The notes under the pieces are model-generated. The model searched no databases and was not told where the DNA came from. It saw nothing but the letters and a program-made list of their open reading frames with translations. From the NCBI RefSeq assembly GCF_009914755.1, contig NC_060926.1: a DNA stretch of 64,000 nt; one strand, given 5' to 3'. This document shows, in pieces, positions 14,080 to 28,860 of the stretch. The stretch comes from the human T2T-CHM13v2.0 reference genome, Homo sapiens. A program made the position numbers and the translations under genes. How positions within the stretch are numbered: position 1 is the stretch's first letter; each line of letters begins with the position of its first letter.

Positions 14080-15880
14080 CCACTGAGGAACTGAAGAATG
14101 CAACATGAAGAAACCAATATTTAAGTTGGGTTTTGAAGGAGGAAGATCATTTGTAAGACAAAGAGGGAACACAATAGTCTCAACAACAGAATGAAGCACT
14201 TGAGCAAAGATGAAGAAGTGGGCACGGCTAGAATAAAGTTGCACATAGAGGTTAATGGAAGAAGAGACTGAAAAATGGGTTGGGACTATATTGTAAAAGG
14301 CTTTCTCAGGCAAGTTAAGAAATTTGGGCCTAATTTTGTGGGCATTAAAGAGAATTATTCTGATAAAGGAGTGATGATAATTTAGGAGACAGAGTGAAGA
14401 ATGGTTTAAATGAGGGTGATTAGATGCAGTGAAATCAGATAAGATGGCTATTTTAAGTGTGCAAAGGAGATATGATGATGGCTTCAAAGGCACTGTCAGG
14501 AAAGATGAGAAGAACTAGTTTCAATAATTTTTTCAGAGTTAAAATTACTAGAATTTAAAGACTTATTATTGATAATTTGGGTTAGGAAAGGAAGGAGGAA
14601 AAGAGAGAGCAAAACAGGCTAGCATTTTCTCTAGATTTCCAGATTAAAAGATGGAGGGGGATTGTGATACTTCCACTAAAATAGAAAATATCAGAATAGA
14701 AACTTACTTTAAGAGGAGAAACAAATTATTTTCAACATATTAATTTTAAAGTAGCTTGAGGACATACAGGTTGGCATGGTGATTAAAAAAAAAGATAAAG
14801 CTGAAGTTAATGAAATTACAATTGTCTATCTCTGCATTTTGATGGCAATTAAAGGCATGGAAGCCTGAAATACCCAGAGGTCATGTTAGAGTGAGAAAAA
14901 AAGAGAGTCAAAGAATTGAACTCTGGTGAATACAATAATCTAAAAGAACAAGCAAAGGAGAAGAAGCTACTAAAGGACACTTAAAGGCAACTTTCCAATG
15001 TTTATAAAAATTTTAAGATAATAATGACCTGGAAACTGAAGGCACAAATTCCACAAGGAGAGGGTGGTGAAGAGTGTCAAGTGCTAAACAAAAGATGAGT
15101 CAAGATGAGGTTCAAAAGGGCACTCCTATTGGCAGTTAAGAGGTGACTGCAGGAAGAGCAGCTTTCTCAAGCACTAAACATGCCCTTCTTGTTAGAAGTA
15201 GTTAATGGATAGATAGTAATTATTTTGAAAAAATAGGGCTTAAGCTACGTTGTTATACATTTCACTGAAGAATTGAAGGAGGGAGATTGGGCTTGAAGGA
15301 AAGATAGATGAAAGTTGAGAATATCTGAGCTTACTTATAATCAGAAGGGAAAGGATTCTTGAAGAAAAAGACTAACCAGGATTCAGACAGCTCACAGGAT
15401 GTGGTCTCTGTGGTATGGACGTAGCAGCTACTTCAGAAAATAAGCAAAGGCATCTCTACCTCTGGGTCATAAGGGAAGAATGGGTGTCCCTATAAGAATG
15501 TCTACAAGAGGGAATGCAAAGTCATGGATATCCCACCTGATAATCTTTTCTCTGTGAGGTAACAATCTATAGAGCATGATGGCATTGAAAGTACAATAGG
15601 ATTCAGAATAAAGGCTTTGGTATAGACATTATGGAAACTCAAAAGGAAATTGAAAAGAGACAGAAAAATGATTTCCAAACAGTTCTGATGGCTCAGTAGA
15701 CACTGACAAATCCGAAATTTATAGTCGTAATGATGTATAATCTGTGTGAAGTCAATGTCAGTAGTGGAGGAAGTGGATTGTTGGATTCATTTTAGTGAAA
15801 ACAGAAAAAAATAGTGTGGATAAAAACACTAAAAGTCATAATGACACTGTTTTGAAGACAGACTGCAGCCGAGCTAGAAG
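14080..15880 (-). mobile_element. Degenerate L2 LINE fragments
   Basis: Purine-rich antisense L2 motifs (tttaagttgggttttgaagga; gtgtcaagtgct...aagatgagg). Confidence 0.55.
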
Positions 15881-16810
15881 CCTGGAGTGAAGCAAGAGTG
15901 CAGCTTATATTTACAAAGGGGATTGAAAATGCAAGTTCAATCCTCTCGAATCCAATACTACTTCAATTCTGTTATGGTGAAAATAGCTTTTACATTGGCC
16001 TTTTCATATATAAAAAGTTACAATTTAATTTACTTATGCCTGTTCTACTTAAAAACTCAGTTCAGTTTTTCTGTTTTGGATATTTTACTATCACTCTTTT
16101 AGTGAACATTCACAATTATAACCTACATAAAACATAATTTCCTCTGATAGTAAGGCACTATTTTATTTACCTTTCCCATGCTAAACTAAATGTCAAGCAT
16201 AGTTCAGCAAAATAAATCAATAAATCTCAACAGACACAAATGCTTATTTTATTAATGCCAAATTTAACTCCAAATTAAAATTATGTGAGATTGACATTGT
16301 GTACATATTTCAGATAAACTAATTTTCCTTTTTAATATCAAATACATAAGGAGAGTAATTAAAGCATTTGTTGCCCTTTTCTCCTGGTTCCATATGTATG
16401 GACTGAGAAGATAATAATTAAAATGAATTTGCTCAACTCCAACAGACAATATAAAAATATGAAGATAGATAGACAGATGGGAAATAGATGGATAAACAGA
16501 TGGTCATATCACTTTGGAAAAATAAAGTTAAAACTTGCTTGTCATTCAAATTAACAGTGAACAGCATTCTTTAAACTTGCACCTTGGATCAGAGCTAACA
16601 GTATAAGTGCTAAACCATAGCACTATATCATGTGACCTTTAAAATAAAAACAAGTACAAAGACTATTTCGAGATTTTTACTTCAGATCTCAAACAATTCA
16701 AAAGACTGCTGATACAAGTAATTTCCATGTTTATGGCAGAAAATAAAATTTTATAATTAATATATTTATAAACCAAAGATATCCAGAAATTAGTTTACCT
16801 TCCCTACTCA

Positions 16811-17384
<574 letters not shown>

Positions 17385-18084
17385 CTCTATTTTGCAAATA
17401 GAGCAAAAACTAGCCACCATAACAAGGAGAGGAAAGCCTAAGGCAAAAGAAATTAATCTGGCTTATATTATTTTAAAAAAAGAAATTAAGGCTTACTTGA
17501 CTTTACACTACGCCATGCATAGGTTTCAAAATATAATTTAAAAGAGCATAAAAGGCCAATATAGATAACTTTGTCACTAACATACTTATGTTCTTGCTTA
17601 TGTGGTCTGTAGTTGGTTAATAGAGCTCCTAATAAAGCTTGGTAATGGCTGTCAATAAAGTAATAATTTGGCCGTCAGTAGCCATTCTGAGTATAGTTTT
17701 CATAATCATAGACTAATACATCAAGAAAAAGAGAAGATTGCATCATAATACCTGTTGTCTTGTTAGTATCATGTAGTATCTGGAACATAGTGGATGATCA
17801 ATGTAAATCTGAAAGTATAAAGGAATAAAATGAGAATATAGTTTTCATTCACTTTTAGTTTAAATATAATTTTGATTACATATCAATAATAGAAAATATT
17901 TATCTGAATTTTAACTATATTTATGAGGTATTAAATAATATGCCTGAGATCCACTGAGAGCCAATGCAATAAGGATAGAAAAAAACTTTAATTAAAAAAA
18001 TTAAATAAAGCATTGACATTATAAATAGAGGAGTGTTAATGGTCATTCAAGGTAGCAGGCATTAAGATACAATTAATTATGTAT

Positions 18085-19050
18085 CAAGCCAGTACAATGG
18101 CCAGAGTGTTAAGAGGTAGGCTCTGTAATCAGGGAGACCTGGGTTTGAATTCCAGGTGACAACTTTACTAACTCTGCAGGTCTAGAATTTGCTTCTACCC
18201 TACTTGCAAGCTAATAAATTAGCCTGTAACAGAGATGTAAGTTTCCTGGATCAGAGACAAACGTCTTTATTACAACACAGAAAGCAGCATAAGCATCAGC
18301 ATATTTGCATTGGCTCCCCTTGACCCTAAGTCCCACCAGTGCAACGTAATAGACCATGATGGAAACTACACAAGCAGCGGGTTTATGTCACAAATGAGAA
18401 AACTGAGTTTGGGGATCCACTGGTTTTATAGCAATAAGTAAGCAAGCCTGTTCTTTGTCCAAGTGAGAAAAGAGACATAGTTTCATCTCTCAATCAGAAG
18501 AAATATTCCAGTTGTCAGGGACTTAGAGTCTGGCCCACCCAGCAAGATATGTAAGAATGCAAGAGAACCAAAGAGTATTGTCTCTGCAAACATTATCTTA
18601 CACATTTACTAATTTATTCATTCACTTTCTCTCCCTTTTCACCTATTTTATTTTTCTTCATTATTCCTCTCATCGACTTTTTTATATTGTTTGTTTCTCC
18701 CACCAGAATAGAAGCTCTAAGAAGGCAGAATGTGTTTTCTTCACTGTTACATTGATAGAATTACTATATATATACTTGTTTTATAAAATATATATTTGTT
18801 TTATTTTTGTAATGTCATATTTAAATATTTATCAGTTCCTAAAAGCTGGTTGCTTTTCTAGATATCAAGGATATGGCAATTAACAAGATGAAGAAGGTCC
18901 CTACTCTAACCTTCTAAATCTTTATCAGTAAAAAGTGGCCTATAATAATGCCTACCTATATGGTTACTGAGAGGATTTCATGGATAATACAAGTGAAATA
19001 TTTGGTAAAATTTTTGTCCTATAGTAAGTGCTCATGGATATTAGCAGTTA
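18085..19050. mobile_element. MIR split by an ERV-type LTR fragment (~18175-18590) and L2 pieces
   Basis: MIR core gacctgggtttgaattcc at 18135 and MIR 3' part at ~18915-19050, with LTR-like sequence between. Confidence 0.5.
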
Positions 19051-19134
19051 TTTATTCAAATATAATGCTTCTGCCATGGATAGTTTTTGCATCTCACTAT
19101 TTATATTTTCAAATGTGTTACTACATGTTTTAAA

Positions 19135-19312
19135 TTTTTATTTTTATTATTTGTTTAGAGATGGGGTCTGGCTATGTTGCCCAGGCTGGAGTGCAGTGGC
19201 TATTCACAAGCACAATCATTGCATACTATAGCCTGTGGCTCCTGGTCAAGCAATCCTTCTGCTTTAGCCTCTCGAGTGTCTGGGTTTACAGGAATGTGCC
19301 ACAGCACTCAGC
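19135..19312 (-). mobile_element. Fossil Alu monomer (FAM-like, 7SL-derived)
   Basis: Monomer retaining the 7SL-type segment gcagtggctattcacaagcacaatc. Confidence 0.75.
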
Positions 19313-20259
19313 TTACATTTTTATATTTAAAATAAAATGTTCAAACACACAGACTCATATAAAGCATAGTACAACACAGGATTAATTGATGTAAATTTGT
19401 TACCATTTTTTCTTCAGATTATCAAATAAAGAAAAAAATTACAACTAATGCCCCTGTCTCTTTCTCTTCTCCCCCTCTCCAGAGTTAACTATGTCATTTC
19501 CATTCATGTTCTTGTACAATTGGGGATAATTTTTGTATCTTTAAATAAATGCCATCATACTGAATATACTATTTTGCAACTTTTAAAAACTTAAATTCAA
19601 ACAGCATTTCCTTTAAGATATCTGTCAAATCTTCTTGATTCTTCCCAAATCATCTCAATGGCATATTTGTGAGGAGTGAAAGAGTGTGAAATGGTACCTA
19701 GGTTTGTCATAATAAAAACATCTTACTAAATCCTGTGCTCTGCACTTTTAATGTCTTTTACTCTCACATATAAGTTTTACCAGTATACTAATCTTGCATT
19801 AAGAAATGGTCAGATTATAAACACTATGACTTTAAGACATTGACCTTTTAAGAAAATTTTATTTGGAACATTTTTCTTCTTATCTCTAATTCACACTTCA
19901 GAGACTGATTAAAATCTTGCTAATTTCACTTGCAAACTATATCGCTATTACTGGTATTTACTGCACTTAACCTTCACCTTTCTGAAAGTAACATTAAAGT
20001 GTTATTTGCATAAATGAAAATCATTGCATTTGAATGCCACCCTGACTGTATATATTTTAACCACTTCTCCATAAATGACATTACAAAAACATTGTTGAAA
20101 AATGTCATTTTACAAGGCTATTGAAGTATGTTTCAAAAAAAAAAAAAACTACTTTTGATTTTCATGTTACAGATGGATCTTTATACAACGTAAATTCAAT
20201 GTAAATGCTTGCTGTTAGTTTTCCTACTACTCAGACTCTCACTTATTGGTGTCCTATTT

Positions 20260-22375
20260 TTTTAAGACTTTTAATGTTTTTAGAGCAGTTTCAAGTTCAC
20301 AACAAAATTGAGAAGAAGGTACAAAGATTTTCCATAGACTCCCTGCTCCCACACATGCGTAGCCTCCCCAATTGTCAACAGCAACCACCACAGGGATACA
20401 CTGTTACAATTTATCAACCTACAATGACACATCATAATCACCCAAAGTCTACAGTTCACATTAGGGACTACTCCTAGTATTGTACATTCTATGGGACTGG
20501 ATAAATGCACAGTGCCATGTATCCACCATTAGAGTGTATCCACCATTATAGTATCATATAGAATATTATAGTTTTGCTGCCTTAAAAATCCTCTGTGTTT
20601 TGCCTGTTTATCCTTCCCTCCTTCAAACCCCTGGCAACTCTTTCTTACTTTTGTCCCATAGTTTTGCCTTTTCTCAAATGTTATACAATTGGAATCATAC
20701 AATATACAGCTTTTTCAGATTGGCTTCTTTCACTTAGTAATATGAATTTGTTTCCATGATGTATTTTTATACCTTGATAGTGCATTCTTTTTTAGTGCTG
20801 AATAATATTCCATTGTCTAGACATACTACAGTTTATTTACCCATCCACCTACTGAAGGACATCTTGGTTGCTTCAGAGTTTTGGCAATTATAAACAAAGC
20901 TGCTATAAACGTTGATGTGCAAGTTATTGTGTGGACACAAGCTTTCCACTCCTTTAGATAAATACCACGGATCACAATTGCTAGATCAAATGGTAATGGT
21001 ATGTTTCATCTTGTAAGGAACTGTCAAACTATCTCCCAAAGCAGATGTACCATTTTGCATTTCCACCAGTAACAAAAGGGAGTTCCTGTTGCTCTACCTC
21101 CTTACCAGCATTTCTAGTGTTATTGTTCTGGATTTCAACCATTCTAATAGGTGCATAGCCATATCTCACTACTGTTTTAATATTCATTTCCCTGATGGCA
21201 TATGATGTGGAGCATTTTTATATGCTTATTAGCCATCTGTATATATATTTCTTGGTGAGGTATCTGTTAAGGTATTTGTCCCATTTTTAATCGATTGTTT
21301 GTTTTCTTAATGTTGAGTTTTAAGAGTTCTTTGTATATTTTGGATAACAGTCCTTTATCAGGAGTGTCTTTTAAAAATATTTTCTCCCGCTCTGTGGCTT
21401 GTCTTCTCATTCTGACAGAGTCTTTTGCAGGGCAGAGGTTTTTAATTTTAATGAAGTCTAGCTAATCTATCTTTCATGAATCATACTTTGATGTTGTATC
21501 TAAAAAGTCATGCTCACCATACACAAGATTTCTCCTATGTTATAGGAGTTACATAATTTTGCATTTTACATTCAGGTCTATCATCCATTTTGAAGTTAAT
21601 CTTTTCTGAAAGTGTAAGAGCTGTGTCTAAATTAACTTTTTGACATGTGGATGTCCAGTTGTTCCAGCATCACTTGTTAAAATCACTACCCTTACTCCAT
21701 TGTCAAAGACTGCCTCCATTGTCTTTGCTCCTCTGTCAAAGATCAGTTGCCTATATTTATGTGAGCCTTTTTTCTAGGTTCTTAATTCTGTTCCATGGCT
21801 CTATTTGTCAATTCTTTCACCAATACCGCATTCTCTTAATTACTATGGTTTTATAGTAAGTATTAAATTTGGGTAGTGTCAGTCCTCCAACTTTGTTCTC
21901 CTTGAGTATTTTGTTGACTATTATGGGTCTTTTGCCTCTCCATATAAACTTTATAATCGTTTACGATATCTACAAAAATAATTTGCTGAGAGTTTTATTG
22001 GGATTGCATTAAATCTTTAGAATAAGTTGGGAAAATGGACGTCTTAATGATATTATGTCTTCCTATCCATTAACATAGAATATCTCTCCATTTACTTAGT
22101 GTTTCTTTGTTCTGCCATCAGTTTTGTAGTTTTTTTCATATAGACCTTGTACATATTTCATTAAATTTATACTTCAGTGGTTCATTCTGGGGGGTGATAA
22201 TAGAAATGATATTGTTTTTAATTTCAAGTTTCACTTGTTCATTGCTAATATATAAGATGGTGATTGACTTGTACATATTAACCTAGTATTCATCAACCTT
22301 GCTATAATCACTTATTAGTTGCAGGAGTTCTTTGTCAATTTTTTCAGATTTTCTATATGGAAAATCTCATTTGTA
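20260..22375 (-). mobile_element. L1MC1-like LINE 3' portion
   Basis: ttttagagcagtttcaagttcacaacaaaattgag...ggtacaaagattttcc is an antisense L1MC 3' end, followed by decayed ORF2. Confidence 0.8.
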
Positions 22376-22637
22376 AAAGACTAGTTAGGTTCCTAGAGAA
22401 ACTTAAGCAGAATATTGATGTGCAGAAACAACTGCCATGTTGATGGTTTCACATTCTTTAAATTGTCAAGTGTGCTGTTAAAAAAAAAACATATGTCACA
22501 ATGATGTGATTTACATGATAAAAAGTTCTTTTATTGGTGTACAGTTAAGAAATTATATTGAAGAACTTTCTCCATAACTAGTGAGAGTATTTAAAATGTT
22601 AAGCCCATAAATTAATGTTCTGGTTGTCCCTTTTACT

Positions 22638-23045
22638 TGTCTGCTCAAGCTGCTATTACACAATATCATAGCTTGGGTGATTTAAACAATATACATTTAT
22701 TTCTCACAGTTCTGTATACTGGGAAGTCCAAGATCAAGATGCTGCCTATTTTGGCTACTGGTGAAGACCCTCCTCCTGGCTTACGGATGGCCACCTTCTC
22801 ACTGTATCCTTAAAGGCAGAGAGAGAGAGAGAGAGAATGAGAGAGACAGAGAGAGAGATTGAGAGAAAAAATGTTACTCTCTTTCTAATAAGGACACAAG
22901 GACACTAATTGCATCATGCAGGCCCTACTGTCATGAACTCAACTAACCCTAAGTAGCTCGCAAAGGCTACAACTCCAGAGACAGTCACAATGAAATGAAG
23001 ACTTCAGTATATAAATTTTGGGTGGAGAAATAATTCAACCCATAT
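22638..23045 (-). mobile_element. MLT1A/MST-like MaLR LTR with internal (GA)n
   Basis: atttatttctcacagttctg...gggaagtccaagatcaag motif. Confidence 0.8.
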
Positions 23046-23224
23046 CACCCCAAAGATATTTGTATGTTATATATATGTATAACTTTCTTCACTTCTTTTT
23101 TAATACAAAACTCTTTACTTCTCATTTTTCTGTCTGTATTTGAAGACAACAAAATAACTTCTTTAAATCACTTTACTTTTAAGCATACTTAAGTTTTTAA
23201 AATAAATTTTGCTGAAAACAGTGG

Positions 23225-23475
23225 GTAGTAATAATAATAGCTAACATTTATTGAGACTTGCCAATGGCATAGGCAGAGGCAATGTTCTAAGAGCTTTCAG
23301 GTATTAAACATGTTTAATTCTCATGAAAACTCTATTAGGTAGCCAATATTATTTTCATTTTACAGAAAAGAAAACTGTTTCTAAGAGAGTCTAAACAGCT
23401 TGTTTGGAAACACATAAGCGGCCAAGTTTTGAAGCTATGCAGCCTGGTTCCAGATCACATACTCCTAATCATACA
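23225..23475 (-). mobile_element. MIR
   Basis: atagctaacatttattgag...attttacagaaaagaaaactg. Confidence 0.75.
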
Positions 23476-24263
23476 CCTATAATGTACCTATACTATTACA
23501 ACATTAGATAATAAATACTTTGTCTTGTTTTAAGACTACAAATTTAAAGGATAATTGGAAAAGTTTCTCTTGCCTAGAGAAAAATACAATTTTTTAAGAG
23601 AATGTTTCATAACTATGTGTATTACACTTACTGAAATAGTTATATTTGTACTTCCCCGAATCAATGTATACTAAATATGCTTCAAAATAAATCTGAAGAA
23701 ATATGTCTCCTTAGACATCAAACGATAGGCAATAACTGGATGTATATCTGATGGAAGTATTTTCCCGCATATTCGATTAATATTTTAAATTATGTGCTAT
23801 GGTTAATTATAACACATCAAAAATAATTGAAAAGTTTTCTTATATTGTACAATTAATAAAATATTACAGACTTGTAAAATCTATAATAAATCATTTTTAT
23901 TTACAACTCTCAGGCATTGGTGCCATTTACTAATATAATATGCATAACCTACAATTGCTTTTTAGTCTTTAATAGGTTAATCTCTTCTCACAGACAAATT
24001 GCAGGCACAAACTCACCTTAGCTGCTTTAGCATACCCACTTTACATTTGATTTGTCTAACTCAAAGGTCTTTACATAACAACAACAAAAAAAATCTACTC
24101 ATGTAAATTTACTCTTCCAGGTAAAATAGTATAATAACAAACATATGGGTTACATAGACCATACCAGATGGTGTAGGCCTGTGCTCACATAGTTTGTGCA
24201 AAGAGAACAAGATAGAGCACAGTGTTGTAAATCTTCATTTGTACTCTGTCTGGAACAGAAGTT

Positions 24264-24750
24264 TTTATTGTTCCATCAAACTGTCCAATCTATTACTAAG
24301 ATCTGTCACATTTTCTTTTATAACATTTATTTATAGCGAAAAATTTCTACCAGTTTTCTGTCATTTGAATCACTGCCATGTGATCCTCATGATCTGCCTT
24401 AGAAGTAGCCCACAACATTATTGTTTAATTTCTTCTTCAACCACAATTGCTATCCTATCCTAAAATCACACACTTTATTTATAGATACAGGACAACTTTT
24501 TCACCCTTGTATTTTCCCATCATAAATGTTGCTGCTTGGATTGTACTAACTAAACAACAGACAAAGCACTTTTAATTGTCATTGGTTCCAGATTGGGAAG
24601 TTTTCTGGTCTGTTCTTGGCAAGGGTGGTGACAACAGATGCTAAAAAAGCTGATATTCAGAAGCTGGACATTAGATGCTACAAGGAAAGTGCACTGAGTC
24701 TGTATCAGAACAGAATATGATTATCTTGCCATGTACAGGTACCACTCTAA
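24264..24750 (-). other. Candidate terminal exon of an unidentified minus-strand transcript
   Basis: Strong acceptor tttacctttctttcgtcttacag| at 24751. Phase 0 reads LEWYLYMAR* (24750-24721); phase 1 reads xRVVPVHGKIIIFCSDTDSVHFPCSI*. AATAAA on minus at 24479-24474 and 24269-24264. Unique sequence. Confidence 0.55.
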
Positions 24751-26034
24751 CTGTAAGACGAAAGAAAGGTAAACAAAACTCAATAATATCACATTCAAAG
24801 AGTCTAAAGATATCTATTTTAAATACATTTAAACATGGATTCATTGATAGAAAAGACTGGTCTCAAGATCTTTTCTTTCAAAAAGGGTATACATGAGGCA
24901 GTAATTTAGATAGCTAAATATTAGGTAGGTTAAATTATATGATATTACCATTTTAGTAAGTCAAAAAGATCAAGTATCAGCAGTTTCATAAGGTTTTGCC
25001 TAATACTGAGGTTATGAAATACAATGACCCTAATTTTTATTGAGAATAATGAGGACCATCATTATGCAAATAGATGGCAAAAACAGCAAGACACAGTATC
25101 TAATGTCACATCATCTAACTCATTCGTCAGGATAAGGTCTCACGCATTACCTTCATTTTCAGCTATTGCTTACATCTCACAGTTCCCAGAAGACTGTCAC
25201 AGAGAAGATTAAAAAGTGGCAATATAAATCACAACTTCTCCTATCTAATGCCATAGTTTCCAAACATTACGCTGACAAATGATGAGAGTATTATAAACTC
25301 TTCAGCTCAATAATACCACACTCCACAAGTAGTTAGCAAAAATAGGGTGAAACACAACACATTCTGAAACAAATGCCAAGGCTAAAAATACTGCTTCCAA
25401 GTCTATAAACTTATTACATGCTATTAGAAAGTGCCAACAGTTTTCCTTTCCCAGTACTTTCATTTTACTTTAAATCGATTGGAATTACCACATTAAATCT
25501 GTGCCTTTGAGAGCTCAGCATGGGACTAAGCAGTCAGATTAAACACAGTATGGTCGGCAAACTCACACAATAGAATTATTTGTTCTTGTCATTCTAAGCT
25601 CTTCACTTGAATCCCCGTGTATTTAAGGAACACACTGCTTTCAAAGCACTGCATTATGTGCTATGAAGAAAACAAAAATTATAAAACTTTTTCCCTGAAA
25701 GAGTTTACATTCTAATTTTAGAGACAAGATATGAATGTTTCTGTGGGTTTTGTTAAATAAATTTACTTTAAATGGCATGTTAAGATAGCAAGTAAGAGAA
25801 GTGTCGTGAGGCAGTACATGATTGTCATACGTGTATAGTACAAATGCTAATTAATGTTAGAATTCAGGGAGGGAAAGACCGCTCCAGGAAATACTTGTGC
25901 ATGAAGTGGGATTTTGTGCTTCTTTTATGGTATCATTGGTGTTTAGATGAGGAAAAAGGGAGAGCAATTGCTTTCAATCTGGATCCTGTGGGCTCGGGCT
26001 AGTTTGATCTTGAAAATGAGAGAAAATAGAAAGC

Positions 26035-26375
26035 CTTTGTGTCTCCCCAAAATTCATATGTGAGAATCCAAACCCTTGAGCATTAGGAGGTAGGACCTTT
26101 GGGAACTGATTAGATCACAAAGGCAGAGACCTCATGATGGGGATTAATGCCCTCATAAAAGAGAACAGAGAGAACTGGTTAACCCCTTCCACTATGTAAG
26201 GACACAGCAAGAAATCACCATCTATGAACCAGACAGGGAGCCCTTTCCAGACAATGAATCTTCTGGTGCCTTGATCTTGGACTTCCTAGCCTCTAGGACT
26301 GTAAGAAATACATTTTTCTTGTTTATAAACGACGTAGTTTATGTTATTTTATAGTCGACCAAACAGACTGAAACA
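26035..26375 (+). mobile_element. MLT1A-like MaLR LTR
   Basis: gtctccccaaaattcatatgt...gccttgatcttggacttcctagcctctaggactgtaagaaata. Confidence 0.82.
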
Positions 26376-28846
26376 GTGCTCAAAGAAAATGAATAATTTA
26401 TTCAAGGTCATAAGATAAAACCTAAAATCTGGAACCTTAAGCCAAGTCTTCCTGCAGAAAGGCCAATGTTTTTTTTTAAAATATCATCCCAATACACTGT
26501 TTCCAATTACATTTAGAGATTTACAATTCCCACAGCATACCTTAAAAAATAATGCCAACTTCAACGGGGAAAATACAGTCGTTAGGATATATGTTGATGA
26601 GTTGAATCAATCTAATCAATCAGTCAATCAAAGGCACTCCTCCACATTTTCTCCCCGAATACAGATGTCTTTAGTTTCTTATAGGAATCATTCTGTAAAA
26701 TTCAGTAACTTTGAGTTTTCAGTCCTAAATTAGATAACCATGATGTTTTAAAAGATGAATTACCTAAAAGATGCTGTTAGAATAAGGATTTAAAGAAACA
26801 TATTGATTTGGCCATGCACGGGTGCGTCTTTAAAAGCTTTAATATTCTTTTGGCTTATTTAGAATAAAGTTTTATATTTACAGACTTCCAAAGTCAGCTC
26901 TAGTTATGCCAAAAACTGTAAAATGTCTGAGATTGCATTCTCTTGTTAGCCACTCTGTCACTCTGTCGCAGTTTCATGAATGTTGGTAGAACACCTGAGA
27001 CTCCTAGAGCAGAGATGAACAGTTTTTCACCCACATCAATAGCAGTAGCCACAGTATCAGCATTTTGGGGCTGGTTACCAAAGCCTCAATTAACACAGAG
27101 TAACGTGAAGAGAGCCAACTGACACAAGCCCACGCAACGGGTTGTGTTACAGGAAAGGAACCCGAGCTTAGAGAATCAGGAGCTTTAATGATGGCAGTAA
27201 TTGTGTTTACCATTTGCTCCAGAGACATTTTTATTGTACTAGATAGTAAGCATGGCTGTACTTTGATCTAAAGAGAGATCCTCTCTGTCTTCCAAGGTAC
27301 GATGCCAACATCCAGAACAAAGGACAGTCAAAGTTTTGCTTATACGATGTGCAGAACCACTAGAAACCCACGGAAAATTGTCTCCCAACAATCGATCCAC
27401 ACCTGATTCAAGCTGCCTGCTAGATTGTTCCAAAATTTGTTTTATGAGTTGAACTGTTTAGTTAAGAATCTAACTACTTCATATGTTCCTTCGTTGCATG
27501 TAATTTTACTGGTAATGTAATTTATGTTATTCTCTCCATGGAATTTCATTGGAAAGAAAAGTCAAACTGCCATGATAAACATGAATTTAATCTGTTTGCT
27601 GAAACTATTCCTTCTCAAAAACAGAAACTTGATTCTTTCCTGAAGGTTCAAACCTCACTCAGGTTCTAGGGTAAACACAGTCCCATTTCAGACCTCAAGT
27701 GATCCCGTGTTCATTCAACCTTGCTACACACCTTCTTGTTCCCTAAGATGTCGACCTTGATAACTGCACCAGTAGATCTGTTTTTCTCAGTCTGAGATTT
27801 TGTTTTGTTCCTCCAGAAACTCCAAGACCTAAGTCCTGGACCTACACCCATCCCAGTCTCTGGGTCATGCTCCAGCTGTGAGAATTTTGTAACTGACTAG
27901 TTGCCTCCATTGTCAACACGTTTATCCTACTGCCACTCTCCTTGGTCCTTTGCCCACCCTCTTTTTGGTTAATGTCTTCTGTTTGGGCATTAACCAAATT
28001 CCTTTGAATGTTTTTTTAATCACTGATCTGAGATACCAGCTTTCTACTATCACCACACTACCCATTCATTTGTTTATTCAACAAGTAGTTCCTAAAGGAC
28101 AACTAAGCTTGCAGATCTGAGCCAGGATGTGATTTTGCAATGGAATCCCAAAATACTATAACTGACTGACCCTGATTACCTGACTAGTACCGTCTATTAT
28201 CTACTGCTGAGGAGATATCAAGCTCCTGCCCTGAGCAGTGTCTGTGCTCTGGGTCTGGCACTAGACCTTAAAAGTCCACTCTGAGAAATATCATTCTTTG
28301 TTAGTACCAGATCCTCCCTTAAATTCCCAATTTCTTTCATAATTTTCTGTTTGAAAGACTTTGTTTGTTCTGAACATTTTAATAGCACTGGATGTTGCAA
28401 CCCTTAGTTAAATTTCTCATAACAGTTTTCTTGTAAAATACTAAATTAGAGAGATCATGATGTCATTTGCCATAGTATGCTCAGTTCACAGTTATTATAA
28501 GGTGTTGTCACCTACAAAAATCTAGCATTTGCACCTGTACAATGCAAAAAATTGTTTTCCAATATTAAGGTCTTCTAATATTTTGAAGGTAGATTAAATT
28601 TTCATTAAAGCTTCATTCATTCTTATACAATTCCACAAATGGAACTACTTACATATATTCACATCCTCATAAGTCTCCTCTTGTCTACAAAACAGTACTA
28701 TACAGCTATCTGATTTAAAAACCTTTTGTTTCTTAAAACAGCTTGCCTTCTCAGATTGTATATGTATATATTTAAGAGTGTAAGTTTCTGTGTGTGTGCT
28801 CCCTCTGATGTGGGTTTTTATGCTTCACTGCCAAAGTAATACTTAC

Positions 28847-28860
28847 CAATTTCTAATCAT
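28847..28860 (-). other. Candidate 14-nt microexon ATGATTAGAAATTG
   Basis: Minus strand taactttttttcctttaaag|ATGATTAGAAATTG|gtaagtat: polypyrimidine tract, AG and consensus GTAAGT donor. Confidence 0.55.

Noticed and set aside
14059-14493. 144-aa minus-strand ORF as a host gene
   Set aside because: Lies in decayed L2-like sequence with no convincing splice context or domain.
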